Source: an uncultured Sangeribacter sp. (GTDB lineage Bacteria; Bacteroidota; Bacteroidia; Bacteroidales; Muribaculaceae). From it: a stretch of 64,000 nt of DNA. The translations under genes were made by a program, and so were the position numbers. Positions 30,316-38,012 of the stretch are shown here, piece after piece (the first letter of the stretch is position 1; every line of letters starts with the position of its first letter). Below the pieces are notes generated by a model, which saw only the letters and a program-made list of their open reading frames with translations, was not told the DNA's origin and searched no databases. The DNA is taken from assembly GCA_964399005.1 (NCBI GenBank), contig CAYNPB010000001.1:4776-68775 (forward strand). Direction: 5' to 3'.

Positions 30316-30473
30316 ACTTTTGTATATAACACTCAGGCAACTTCGGGCCGGTGCAAGCGTCCATCCCTATTAAACCCCATAAGGGCTTACCGCATAGATA
30401 ATAATTGCAAAGGGACGTAGCTCCGGCTCGGATTGTGTCTGTATCTGTAATCTGGTTGTTTGGTACTAAGAGT
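30316..30473 (+). ncRNA. Putative structured ncRNA, 6S-like
   Basis: Nested pairings CAGGCA/TGTCTG, TTCGGGCCGG/CCGGCTCGGA and CGTCC/GGACG (G-U pairs favour the plus strand) around a bubble with a TAAACC...GGCTTA stem; no credible ORF. Confidence 0.5.
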
Positions 30474-30626
30474 GACAATATCAGGTAGCATTTATGTAGA
30501 TTCTCAAAACAATGATTAGCCGTATAGTGTTTTTCTTATATAATAATATTGCGTTTTTCAATCAGAAAATCATATAATATTATTATATATACAAGAATTT
30601 GACCATACATTTCTATCTAACTAAGA

Positions 30627-31166
30627 ATGAAAAAACTTTTCCTTACAGCCGCAGTTGCGGCTCTACTTTGTGGCTCCATGACTTCTTGCATGGGAAAATT
30701 TGCATTGACAAGAAATCTTTATTCATGGAATGATCAGGTGTCGAATAAATTCGTCAATGAAATAGTGTTTGTAGCCTTTTGGATACTTCCGGTGTATGAA
30801 GTATGTGGACTTGCTGACCTTCTCGTGCTGAACACAATAGAATTCTGGAGCGGCGACAACCCTATGGTAGCTTCAACTAAGGCCATTGACACGGATCATG
30901 GAAGATATCTCGTGAAATGTGATGGCAAAGGATATGATGTCACACTGGAAACAACCGGAGAGACCGTGCGCCTTGACTTTGCACAGGACACCCAAACCTG
31001 GAGCTTGCAGACTGATGAAAAAGAAATCCCGCTCATGACTTTTGTAGATGCAACTCACGTGTCAGTTCCACTTCCTGACGGTGGATGGCAGACTATAGAA
31101 TTGTCGCAAGATGGCCTAATGGCATATAAAGCGGCAGCAAATGCTACAATGCTTGCTGTCAAATAG
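30627..31166 (+). CDS. DUF3332 family lipoprotein
   Basis: Lipobox MTS-C then GKFALT..WN...FVNE...PVY...DLLVLNTIEFWSGDNP. Confidence 0.8.
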   Translation: MKKLFLTAAVAALLCGSMTSCMGKFALTRNLYSWNDQVSNKFVNEIVFVAFWILPVYEVCGLADLLVLNTIEFWSGDNPMVASTKAIDTDHGRYLVKCDGKGYDVTLETTGETVRLDFAQDTQTWSLQTDEKEIPLMTFVDATHVSVPLPDGGWQTIELSQDGLMAYKAAANATMLAVK

Positions 31167-31265
31167 GTCAATACATAATAATTTTGAGTTTTTTCAAGCC
31201 GGATTAATCCAAACGGCAGTTAGTTTGTTGTAATAATAAAGACAAAACTAAAAACTAAAATAATT

Positions 31266-31469
31266 ATGAAAGCAATGCACATCATTTGTGCCGTAGTAGG
31301 CGGTGCAATCGCAGGCGCAGCAGTTGGTCTGCTCGTAGCTCCTGAAAAGGGAGAAAATACTCGTAAAAAAATCATGAAGATTCTCAAAGAAAAGGGTATC
31401 AAGCTCAAAGGGAACGAACTCGAAGAGCTCGCTGATGAAATTGAGGATCAGATTGAGAAGAGTCTTTAA
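31266..31469 (+). CDS. YtxH domain protein
   Basis: GGAIAGAAVGLLVAPEKGENTR. Confidence 0.85.
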   Translation: MKAMHIICAVVGGAIAGAAVGLLVAPEKGENTRKKIMKILKEKGIKLKGNELEELADEIEDQIEKSL

Positions 31470-31544
31470 AAAATAACTCAGTTTCGCACACTTATCAGAA
31501 AAAAATATTCTGAAGGATTTGCGCAACGTAAATAAAAAATTCAT

Positions 31545-31736
31545 ATGAAAGCTCTGAATATTCTTTATGCATTTCTTGGCGGAGCCATCGTAGGCTGCGG
31601 TGCAGCTATACTCTTTGCTCCTGAAAAAGGAGAGGAAGTACGCAGCCGTATCATACGTATCCTTAAAAGAAAGGGCATTAAAATCAGCGACGAGGAAGTA
31701 GATGCACTCGTGGCAGAACTTACCGGAGAGGATTAA
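31545..31736 (+). CDS. YtxH domain protein (tandem paralog)
   Basis: GGAIVGCGAAILFAPEKGEEVR. Confidence 0.85.
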   Translation: MKALNILYAFLGGAIVGCGAAILFAPEKGEEVRSRIIRILKRKGIKISDEEVDALVAELTGED

Positions 31737-31767
31737 TGCTCCCCGTCGCAAAATTGAAAGCGATTAA

Positions 31768-32115
31768 ATGAGTAACAAGACAACCCTCTTAGATGAGATA
31801 AAGAGTATAATAGCCCGGTCGAAAGACTGGGCTACTCTTGAATTGGAGTATGCCAAACTCACTGCAGCCGAAAAGATAACTATCCTCGCTGGTGCAGCTG
31901 TAGCCGGAGCAGTATGCTTGCTACTCGGCATTGCAGCCTTGATTCTATTTGGCATAAGTCTGGCCTATACTTTCGGACTCTTCATGGGCCCGGCATTGTC
32001 ATTCCTGGCGTCAGGCGGAGTGATGCTTCTTCTGATGGCTTTGGTGTATTTCTTCAAGGAACAGTTAATAATGAACCCTATTGCGAAAATGCTGACACGG
32101 GTGCTTTTGAAATAA
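31768..32115 (+). CDS. Holin-X/YqjE-like two-TM membrane protein
   Basis: LELEYAKLTAAEK followed by two TM helices; usual neighbour of YtxH genes. Confidence 0.65.
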   Translation: MSNKTTLLDEIKSIIARSKDWATLELEYAKLTAAEKITILAGAAVAGAVCLLLGIAALILFGISLAYTFGLFMGPALSFLASGGVMLLLMALVYFFKEQLIMNPIAKMLTRVLLK

Positions 32116-32130
32116 TCATTGAACAAAGAT

Positions 32131-32466
32131 ATGGAAGAGATAAAGCGATCAAACAGCGACAAAATTGTCAAGCAGACGGACGACACTCCGCAGTTCAATG
32201 GTTTTACGCTTGATGAGATACGTCATCATCGTGCATTAATCGCTGTCAGGAAAGAATTTGCCAAGGCAAAGATTCTTGAGCAGGTAGACTCCTTGAAAGA
32301 CCGCAATCCTTTTGCTCCGGATGGATCACTGAAGGCAGCTGCGCGACTTGGAACACTTCCGATGAAAATCATGCGAGGCCTGAATTATACTGATTATATA
32401 ATGATGGGAATTTCAGCGTTAGGCACAGCGCGAAAGGTGTTCTCCTTTTTCAAAAAGAAGAAGTAA
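32131..32466 (+). CDS. Hypothetical protein (possibly YqjK-like)
   Basis: N-terminal helical region, C-terminal hydrophobic helix ending FFKKKK; operon position. Confidence 0.55.
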   Translation: MEEIKRSNSDKIVKQTDDTPQFNGFTLDEIRHHRALIAVRKEFAKAKILEQVDSLKDRNPFAPDGSLKAAARLGTLPMKIMRGLNYTDYIMMGISALGTARKVFSFFKKKK

Positions 32467-33311
32467 TGAACTATTATAAAGTAAGATTTGAGTGCAGCCC
32501 TTGTTCGGACGACGTTACCGACCTTTTGGCTGCATTTTTAGCAGATATAGGATTTGAAAGTTTCGAGCCTGATGAAACAGGACTGACTGCCTATGTTCAA
32601 GCTTCATATTTTTCTGAAGATGCAATTGAGGAGATCTTGAAAGATTTCCCCATGGAGGTAGAAATCACATTCAAGTCCGAATTTGTAGAGAGTCAGAATT
32701 GGAACGAAGAGTGGGAAAAGCATTATTTCCAACCTATCGTGATAGCCGGTGAATGCGTGGTGCATTCCTCTTTTCATAAGGATGTGCCCTCTGCCCGATA
32801 TGATATACTGATCGATCCGAAGATGGCTTTCGGGACCGGTCATCACGCAACCACTTCTCAGATGATGCGCTTCGTGCTCGATCTAAAAGAGATAGAGGGA
32901 AAAGAGATCATCGATATGGGGACTGGCACCGGCATTCTTGCCATCCTCTGCAAGATGAGGGGAGCCGGCAATGTGACAGGCATAGAAATTGATCCGGGAG
33001 CTTTTGAGAATGCAGTCGAGAATGCCTCCCTCAATAGCCAGGCAATTGATTTCATATGTGGAGATGCCTCCGCATTAGAAAAGTGTGAGATTGCTGATAT
33101 TTTTCTTGCCAATATCAACCGCAACGTCATCACTGCTGACATAGGCAAATATGCTGAAAAGATAAAAAGCGGGGGAGTACTGCTACTTAGCGGTTTCTAT
33201 ACTGCAGACATACCAATAGTAATGGCAGCAGCTGAGCCTTTAGGATTCAGACTTGATAAAGCGACAGAAGAAGGTGATCATTGGGCTGCACTTCGCCTCA
33301 TAAAGAAATAA
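32466..33311 (+). CDS. prmA: Ribosomal protein L11 methyltransferase
   Basis: NWNEEWE, IDPKMAFGTGHHATT, DMGTGTGILA, LANINRN, LLSGF. Confidence 0.95.
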   Translation: MNYYKVRFECSPCSDDVTDLLAAFLADIGFESFEPDETGLTAYVQASYFSEDAIEEILKDFPMEVEITFKSEFVESQNWNEEWEKHYFQPIVIAGECVVHSSFHKDVPSARYDILIDPKMAFGTGHHATTSQMMRFVLDLKEIEGKEIIDMGTGTGILAILCKMRGAGNVTGIEIDPGAFENAVENASLNSQAIDFICGDASALEKCEIADIFLANINRNVITADIGKYAEKIKSGGVLLLSGFYTADIPIVMAAAEPLGFRLDKATEEGDHWAALRLIKK

Positions 33312-33347
33312 ATGCACATATTGAAAAGTCAAAAAGACTTCCTAAGT

Positions 33348-33380
33348 ATAAGTGCCGATGATAATCTCATCGGCACTTAT
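33348..33380. terminator. Bidirectional terminator between convergent genes
   Basis: Perfect 14-bp stem ATAAGTGCCGATGA/TCATCGGCACTTAT. Confidence 0.75.
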
Positions 33381-33383
33381 TAT

Positions 33384-33896
33384 TTATAGACACTTTTTAG
33401 ATGGACGAGCAAGTTCTATTACTTCGCAATCACGCATGTCTGAGCCGTCGATCACTAACTTTACAAGAGTTCGTACGCTATGCCATCCGAATATTCCGGC
33501 AGCTCCAGGATTAATATGAAGCAATTGCAGCTCCTTGTCATAAATCACTTTAAGAATGTGGGAATGACCGTCTACCATAAGCCCGGCATGATTTTCACGC
33601 AGCAGAGACTTCATTCCTTTGTTCCATTTTCCGGGATAGCCCCCTATATGAGTAAGGAGAACTCTAACGCCTTCGACATCAAAGATCTCAAGTTCGTTGC
33701 ATTTGCGGCGTACCATGCCATGATCTATATTTCCGGATACAGCTCTTACTACCGGTACAATGTCTTGCAGACGCTCTATAATAGTATAGTCACCAATATC
33801 ACCGGCATGCCAGACTTCATCGCAATCTTTGAAATGCTCTGCAAACCTGTCGTCCCAACATCCATGGGTATCACTTAAGATTCCAATTCTTTTCAT
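33384..33896 (-). CDS. YfcE-like metallophosphoesterase
   Basis: SDTHG, HAGDIG, GNID, THIG, GHSH, INPG; start MKRIG at 33896. Confidence 0.9.
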   Translation of the reverse strand: MKRIGILSDTHGCWDDRFAEHFKDCDEVWHAGDIGDYTIIERLQDIVPVVRAVSGNIDHGMVRRKCNELEIFDVEGVRVLLTHIGGYPGKWNKGMKSLLRENHAGLMVDGHSHILKVIYDKELQLLHINPGAAGIFGWHSVRTLVKLVIDGSDMRDCEVIELARPSKKCL

Positions 33897-33990
33897 CGGT
33901 ACAAAAATACGAAAAAAATCTCTATTTATATGTGATTTCTTGCGCTTTTCAGAAAAAACAACAATATTTTTCAAAAAAAATGAGGAAAAA

Positions 33991-34022
33991 TTTGGAGGAA
34001 TAAAAATTTTATCATAATTTTG
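33991..34022 (+). promoter_or_regulatory. Primary-sigma promoter of ABC/GntR operon
   Basis: TTTG-N20-TAATTTTG. Confidence 0.75.
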
Positions 34023-34024
34023 CA

Positions 34025-34046
34025 GTGTATTACTACACTAATACAC
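34025..34046. promoter_or_regulatory. Probable YtrA/GntR operator
   Basis: Perfect inverted repeat GTGTATTA-N6-TAATACAC right after the -7 box; the operon encodes a YtrA-type GntR. Confidence 0.7.
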
Positions 34047-34087
34047 CACTACAATTAAATTAAAGGTTGTTATTAAAGATAAAGATT

Positions 34088-34900
34088 ATGATTTCACTTA
34101 AAAATGTCTCCTATCGCTACACGGGAAGCAAGACAGACTCAATCGCTGACTTCAGCATGAATCTCTCTTCCGGTAAAATAGTAGGATTATTGGGTGCCAA
34201 TGGTGCCGGCAAAAGCACACTCCTCTATCTGATCTCAGGACTGCTTAAGGCCACTAAAGGGGAAGTGGATGTAAATGGCTACAATCCCTGGAGTAGGAAT
34301 CCTGAGTTTCTCAGTCAGATCTTTCTTGTGCCTGAAGAGTTCGACGTTCCATCTATCTCTCTTCAGGCATACATAGAGGCATACGCTCCGTTTTATCCTA
34401 ACTTTTCAGAGGAATCTCTGAATGAGGCGTTATTTCATTTCAATCTATCCCGTGATATTCATCTTGGTTCACTCTCAATGGGGCAGAGGAAGAAGGCTTT
34501 CCTTGCATTTGCACTTGCATGTCACACCCCGGTGCTTCTGATGGATGAGCCAACCAACGGACTTGACATTCCTGGTAAGAGCGAATTCAGAAAAGCGGTT
34601 GTGAAGACTATGAACGATGAAAGAACTATCATAATCTCTACCCATCAGGTCAGGGATTTGGACCAGCTTCTCGATCATGTCACCATCATGAATAATCAAG
34701 GAATACAGCTCGACGAATCGATAGCCGGCTTGCAGGAGAAGTTTATGTTTGGACTTGCACCGGTGTTGCCGGAAAATGGCATCATATGGAGCGAGCCGGT
34801 AATGGGAGGATATGCATATATGAAAATGCGCACTCCCGACCAACCGGAAACTGAGGTGAATCTTGAAGCTCTCTTCAACTATATCTATTCTCGCCGCTAA
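34088..34900 (+). CDS. ABC transporter ATP-binding protein (YtrB-like)
   Basis: GANGAGKST, LSMGQRKK, MDEPTNGLD, STH. Confidence 0.92.
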   Translation: MISLKNVSYRYTGSKTDSIADFSMNLSSGKIVGLLGANGAGKSTLLYLISGLLKATKGEVDVNGYNPWSRNPEFLSQIFLVPEEFDVPSISLQAYIEAYAPFYPNFSEESLNEALFHFNLSRDIHLGSLSMGQRKKAFLAFALACHTPVLLMDEPTNGLDIPGKSEFRKAVVKTMNDERTIIISTHQVRDLDQLLDHVTIMNNQGIQLDESIAGLQEKFMFGLAPVLPENGIIWSEPVMGGYAYMKMRTPDQPETEVNLEALFNYIYSRR

Positions 34901-34919
34901 TAAAAAATGATATACAAAC

Positions 34920-35780
34920 ATGGAAACAAGCATAATAAACAGTAACAAATCGTTTTCATCTCAGCGCTTCGGAGCCTTAATGAAAGCTGACTTTATAATC
35001 AACAGGAGCAACTATCTGAAGTTGATAATTGGTGGACTTGGAATATTTGTGGCTTTGGCACTTCTCGTAAGCATTCCAGCTATCATAGACATGAACAGTC
35101 TGGAACAGATGAAAAACATGACCGGAAGAATAGTGGAAGATGCCATTGAAACCAAGCAACACACCTATGCTGCAATATATTCAAGCATTTCAGTTTGGGT
35201 ATTCAGCATAGGAATGACTATACTTGGGTCCTTGACCTTTAATAATTTAAGTTCTAAACGCAAAAGAATATCGGCACTGATGCTTCCGGCCTCCCAGACA
35301 GAAAAGTTTATGCTTCGATTCCTGATATACTTTGTAGGAGGCACTCTTGGACTTACGATAGGACTGCTTTTCGGTATCGTGGTATGCCAATTATCATTTG
35401 GTGGAGGACAAATGATATTCAAGGGTCTTTTTGAGTTCCTCACAATAGAGTTTTCGGGATATGTGATTGCCGCCTTCATACTGTTGGCATTATTTGGAAA
35501 TTCACTCTATGCTTTAGGAAGTTCGCTTTGGCCAAAACTTTCTTGGATCAAGACATGGGTTGCGGTCATGATGGTGGAATGGGTCGGAGCTGTGCTAATG
35601 ATTTTCCTATCTTCCGCTGATATTTCATGGTATTCATTCTTCTTCTTTTGGAGCAACCATGTTAGCCTACTGAAGTGGTCAGGACTTGGCCTACTGGCAG
35701 CCCTCAATATAGCATGCTGGATTTTTGCTTGGATTCGCTATAGGAATACTCAGATCATCCAGCGATTTATGACAAAGTAG
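34920..35780 (+). CDS. ABC-2 type membrane protein
   Basis: About 6 TM helices, LMLPASQTEKF motif, between ATPase and GntR genes. Confidence 0.7.
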   Translation: METSIINSNKSFSSQRFGALMKADFIINRSNYLKLIIGGLGIFVALALLVSIPAIIDMNSLEQMKNMTGRIVEDAIETKQHTYAAIYSSISVWVFSIGMTILGSLTFNNLSSKRKRISALMLPASQTEKFMLRFLIYFVGGTLGLTIGLLFGIVVCQLSFGGGQMIFKGLFEFLTIEFSGYVIAAFILLALFGNSLYALGSSLWPKLSWIKTWVAVMMVEWVGAVLMIFLSSADISWYSFFFFWSNHVSLLKWSGLGLLAALNIACWIFAWIRYRNTQIIQRFMTK

Positions 35781-35790
35781 CAAATATAAT

Positions 35791-36159
35791 ATGATACAAA
35801 CAGATAATCGACCTATCTATGTAAGGCTTGCCGATCAGATATGTGATCGGATCCTGCTTGATGAGTATAGAAAACTGGAAAGAATCCCAAGTGTAAGGGA
35901 ATATGCAGTGACTCAGCAAGTGAATCCGGCTACGGCAGCCCGTGCATTCGAAATACTTGAACGACAAGGAGTGATATTTAATAAGCGTGGTCTTGGCTTC
36001 TTTGTAGCTGAAAACGCAGTTGATACAATAAGGAAAATGAGACTTGACAATTTGCTTGGTGAAGAAAGTGAGCTTTTCTTTTCTCGACTTGCAGTTCTCG
36101 AAGTGAGTCCGGATCAGCTCAAAGAAATGTATGCCAATTATTTGACATCTCAACATTGA
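35791..36159 (+). CDS. GntR (YtrA subfamily) transcriptional regulator
   Basis: PIYVRL, IPSVRE, VNPAT, RGLGFFV; short 122 aa. Confidence 0.9.
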   Translation: MIQTDNRPIYVRLADQICDRILLDEYRKLERIPSVREYAVTQQVNPATAARAFEILERQGVIFNKRGLGFFVAENAVDTIRKMRLDNLLGEESELFFSRLAVLEVSPDQLKEMYANYLTSQH

Positions 36160-36248
36160 TATATCAAAGTATCACAGAAGAGTTTTTTTTCTTCTTTTTG
36201 TCACATTTCATTAATTAGAAACGTCTCTTCTATAGAATCTAAAAACTA

Positions 36249-37100
36249 ATGATTATGAACATATCAACATTAACAACAGGATTGGTATTATCAGCCACTT
36301 TGCTCATTTCAGGATGTGCAATGAATGGGATAGCTAATTCCAATGTCAGCATTGAAGGGAATGAAGCGAAAGCGACAGTAAAGAAAACGGTTAAAATCGG
36401 AAATTTTAACGAGATAGAAGCTTCACAAGGAATCAAAGTAATCTTTACACAAGGAGCAAATAAGGGAACAGCAGATATAGCTACGACCCCGTCTGCTGAG
36501 AAATTCCTGAAAGTTGAAGTAAAGAACAATACTCTTAAGGCATATTATGCCAACAACGACGGAACGATGAATGTGAAGATAAAAGGACCATCCATAGTTC
36601 GCGTTTCAAGCAATGTGCTAAAAGAAGTTGACTTGTCGTCTGCTGCGAATGTGACCGTAAACGGAGATCTTAACGTGAATGGCGATTTTGAACTGGATCT
36701 AAGCAGTGCTGCTTCGTTTGATGCCGGAAAAGTGACCTGCAGTAATATGGAAGTTGATTTGTCAAGTTCAGCTTCTGTAGATATTGAAAATCTGATTGGT
36801 AATCTTGAAGCAGACCTGTCGAGTGCATCCTCAATAAATGTAGGGAATATGAAAGGAGAGTTAGATGCGGAGGCATCCAGCGCAGCGTCTATCAAGATAT
36901 CTTCCATCAAGTCTTCTGACATCACTGCCAAAGCTTCCAGTGCAGCGACCATCTACATTGAAGGAATCTCAGGAGGAGATATTAAAGCGAATGCATCGAG
37001 CGGAGCAAAAATCAAATTGGCAGGAAAAGCCAATTCACTTCGACAAAATGCCTCCTCAGGCGGCTCCGTGAAAAGCTCAGGACTTACTACCAAGAACTAA
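36249..37100 (+). CDS. GIN/DUF2807 head-domain lipoprotein
   Basis: Lipobox ISG-C; repeated DLSSAAS/ASSGA beta-helix units. Confidence 0.8.
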   Translation: MIMNISTLTTGLVLSATLLISGCAMNGIANSNVSIEGNEAKATVKKTVKIGNFNEIEASQGIKVIFTQGANKGTADIATTPSAEKFLKVEVKNNTLKAYYANNDGTMNVKIKGPSIVRVSSNVLKEVDLSSAANVTVNGDLNVNGDFELDLSSAASFDAGKVTCSNMEVDLSSSASVDIENLIGNLEADLSSASSINVGNMKGELDAEASSAASIKISSIKSSDITAKASSAATIYIEGISGGDIKANASSGAKIKLAGKANSLRQNASSGGSVKSSGLTTKN

Positions 37101-37131
37101 ATTTAATTTGAAAAGTTGCGAATAAAGTGCT

Positions 37132-37169
37132 TCACCCATCCGTTTTGAAAGCGGGTGGGTGATTTTTTT
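37132..37169 (+). terminator. Rho-independent terminator
   Basis: TCACCCATCCG...CGGGTGGGTGA followed by T7. Confidence 0.75.
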
Positions 37170-37188
37170 AACAAAAATTGGATTAAAA

Positions 37189-37220
37189 TTTGGAAGAGTG
37201 AAAAAAAATACCTAAATTTG
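37189..37220 (+). promoter_or_regulatory. Primary-sigma promoter of tRNA-Ala
   Basis: TTTG-N20-TAAATTTG. Confidence 0.75.
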
Positions 37221-37241
37221 CGACGAAGATAAACTTCTGAG

Positions 37242-37315
37242 GGGGCATTAGCTCATCTGGCTAGAGCGTTTGACTGGCAGTCAAGAGGTGGTCGGTTCGA
37301 GTCCGATATGCTCCA
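37242..37315 (+). tRNA. tRNA-Ala(GGC)
   Basis: GGGGCAT-TAGCTCATCTGGCTAGAGC-G-TTTGA-CTGGCAG-TCAAG...GTTCGAGTCC...ATGCTCC-A. Confidence 0.95.
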
Positions 37316-37324
37316 CAAGATAAT

Positions 37325-37359
37325 AAATTGCTAATTTTAATTAAATTAGCAATTTTTTT
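37325..37359 (+). terminator. AT-rich hairpin terminator after tRNA-Ala
   Basis: AAATTGCTAATTT/AAATTAGCAATTT plus T run. Confidence 0.6.
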
Positions 37360-37398
37360 ATAGGTTTTTATATATTTTAATCTCTATACACTTAATAT

Positions 37399-37641
37399 AT
37401 GCCTACATTATTCTATATATTTGGCTTCCGCTTCTTTTTTTGGTCGAATGAACATGATCCTATGCATGTTCATGTCAGCAAGGGAGATGCTGAAGCAAAA
37501 TATAATATAGAAACACTTATTTTAGTTGAAAATTTTGGATTTAAGAAAAATGAACTTAGACTCATTGAATCCATAATAGAGGAAAATAAAGAAATAATAG
37601 CAGAACGATGGAAAGAGTTCTTTAAAAAAGGGGATAAATAA
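37399..37641 (+). CDS. DUF4160 family protein
   Basis: MPTLFYIFGFRFFFWSNEHDPMHVHV...AK...W..FF pattern. Confidence 0.8.
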   Translation: MPTLFYIFGFRFFFWSNEHDPMHVHVSKGDAEAKYNIETLILVENFGFKKNELRLIESIIEENKEIIAERWKEFFKKGDK

Positions 37642-37856
37642 TGAATAAGACTCAGGTAGCTAAAGTTTGGATTGAGAATGAATCTGTTTGGATAGAATTG
37701 CTTGATGGAAGAAAAGCAAAAGAAGATTTTTGTGATTTTCACAGATTAGCTTCTTCGACTGAGACACAACGCAAAAATTTTAGGCTCTCATATTTTGGCA
37801 TTCATTGGCCGGAAATTGATGAAGACTTATCTTATGAAGGATTCTTTAAGCATTAA
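37641..37856 (+). CDS. DUF2442 family protein
   Basis: L.DGR...RL...QR...GIHWPEIDEDLS pattern; 1-nt overlap with the DUF4160 gene. Confidence 0.8.
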   Translation: MNKTQVAKVWIENESVWIELLDGRKAKEDFCDFHRLASSTETQRKNFRLSYFGIHWPEIDEDLSYEGFFKH

Positions 37857-37930
37857 ACAAAATTGGTAAGAAAGCAGGCAATACTCTGGTGGGAGTTGCC
37901 TGTTTTAATTTTTTTTTGTAATTTTGCAGT

Positions 37931-37977
37931 AATTTAGAATCATTCTATATAAAGCAATTTAGAATCAATCTATATAA
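37931..37977. promoter_or_regulatory. Tandem Fur-like boxes upstream of feoAB
   Basis: Two near-identical 22-mers AATTTAGAATCA(T/A)TCTATATAA, starts 25 bp apart; the first contains palindromic TAGAAT-C-ATTCTA; just after a TAATTTTG -7 box. Confidence 0.65.
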
Positions 37978-38012
37978 GAAGCACATAAACTTCTTCTAAG
38001 CAAAGCTGAAAA

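Noticed and set aside
30296-30478. 60-aa minus-strand ORF or cobalamin riboswitch
   Set aside because: The ORF has no recognisable motif. TAATAGGGA on the minus strand is not followed by the other cobalamin riboswitch elements, and G-U pairing favours a plus-strand RNA.
31768-32115. Holin-like gene as evidence of a prophage
   Set aside because: No phage structural, integrase or endolysin genes are nearby; this family is a usual chromosomal neighbour of ytxH.
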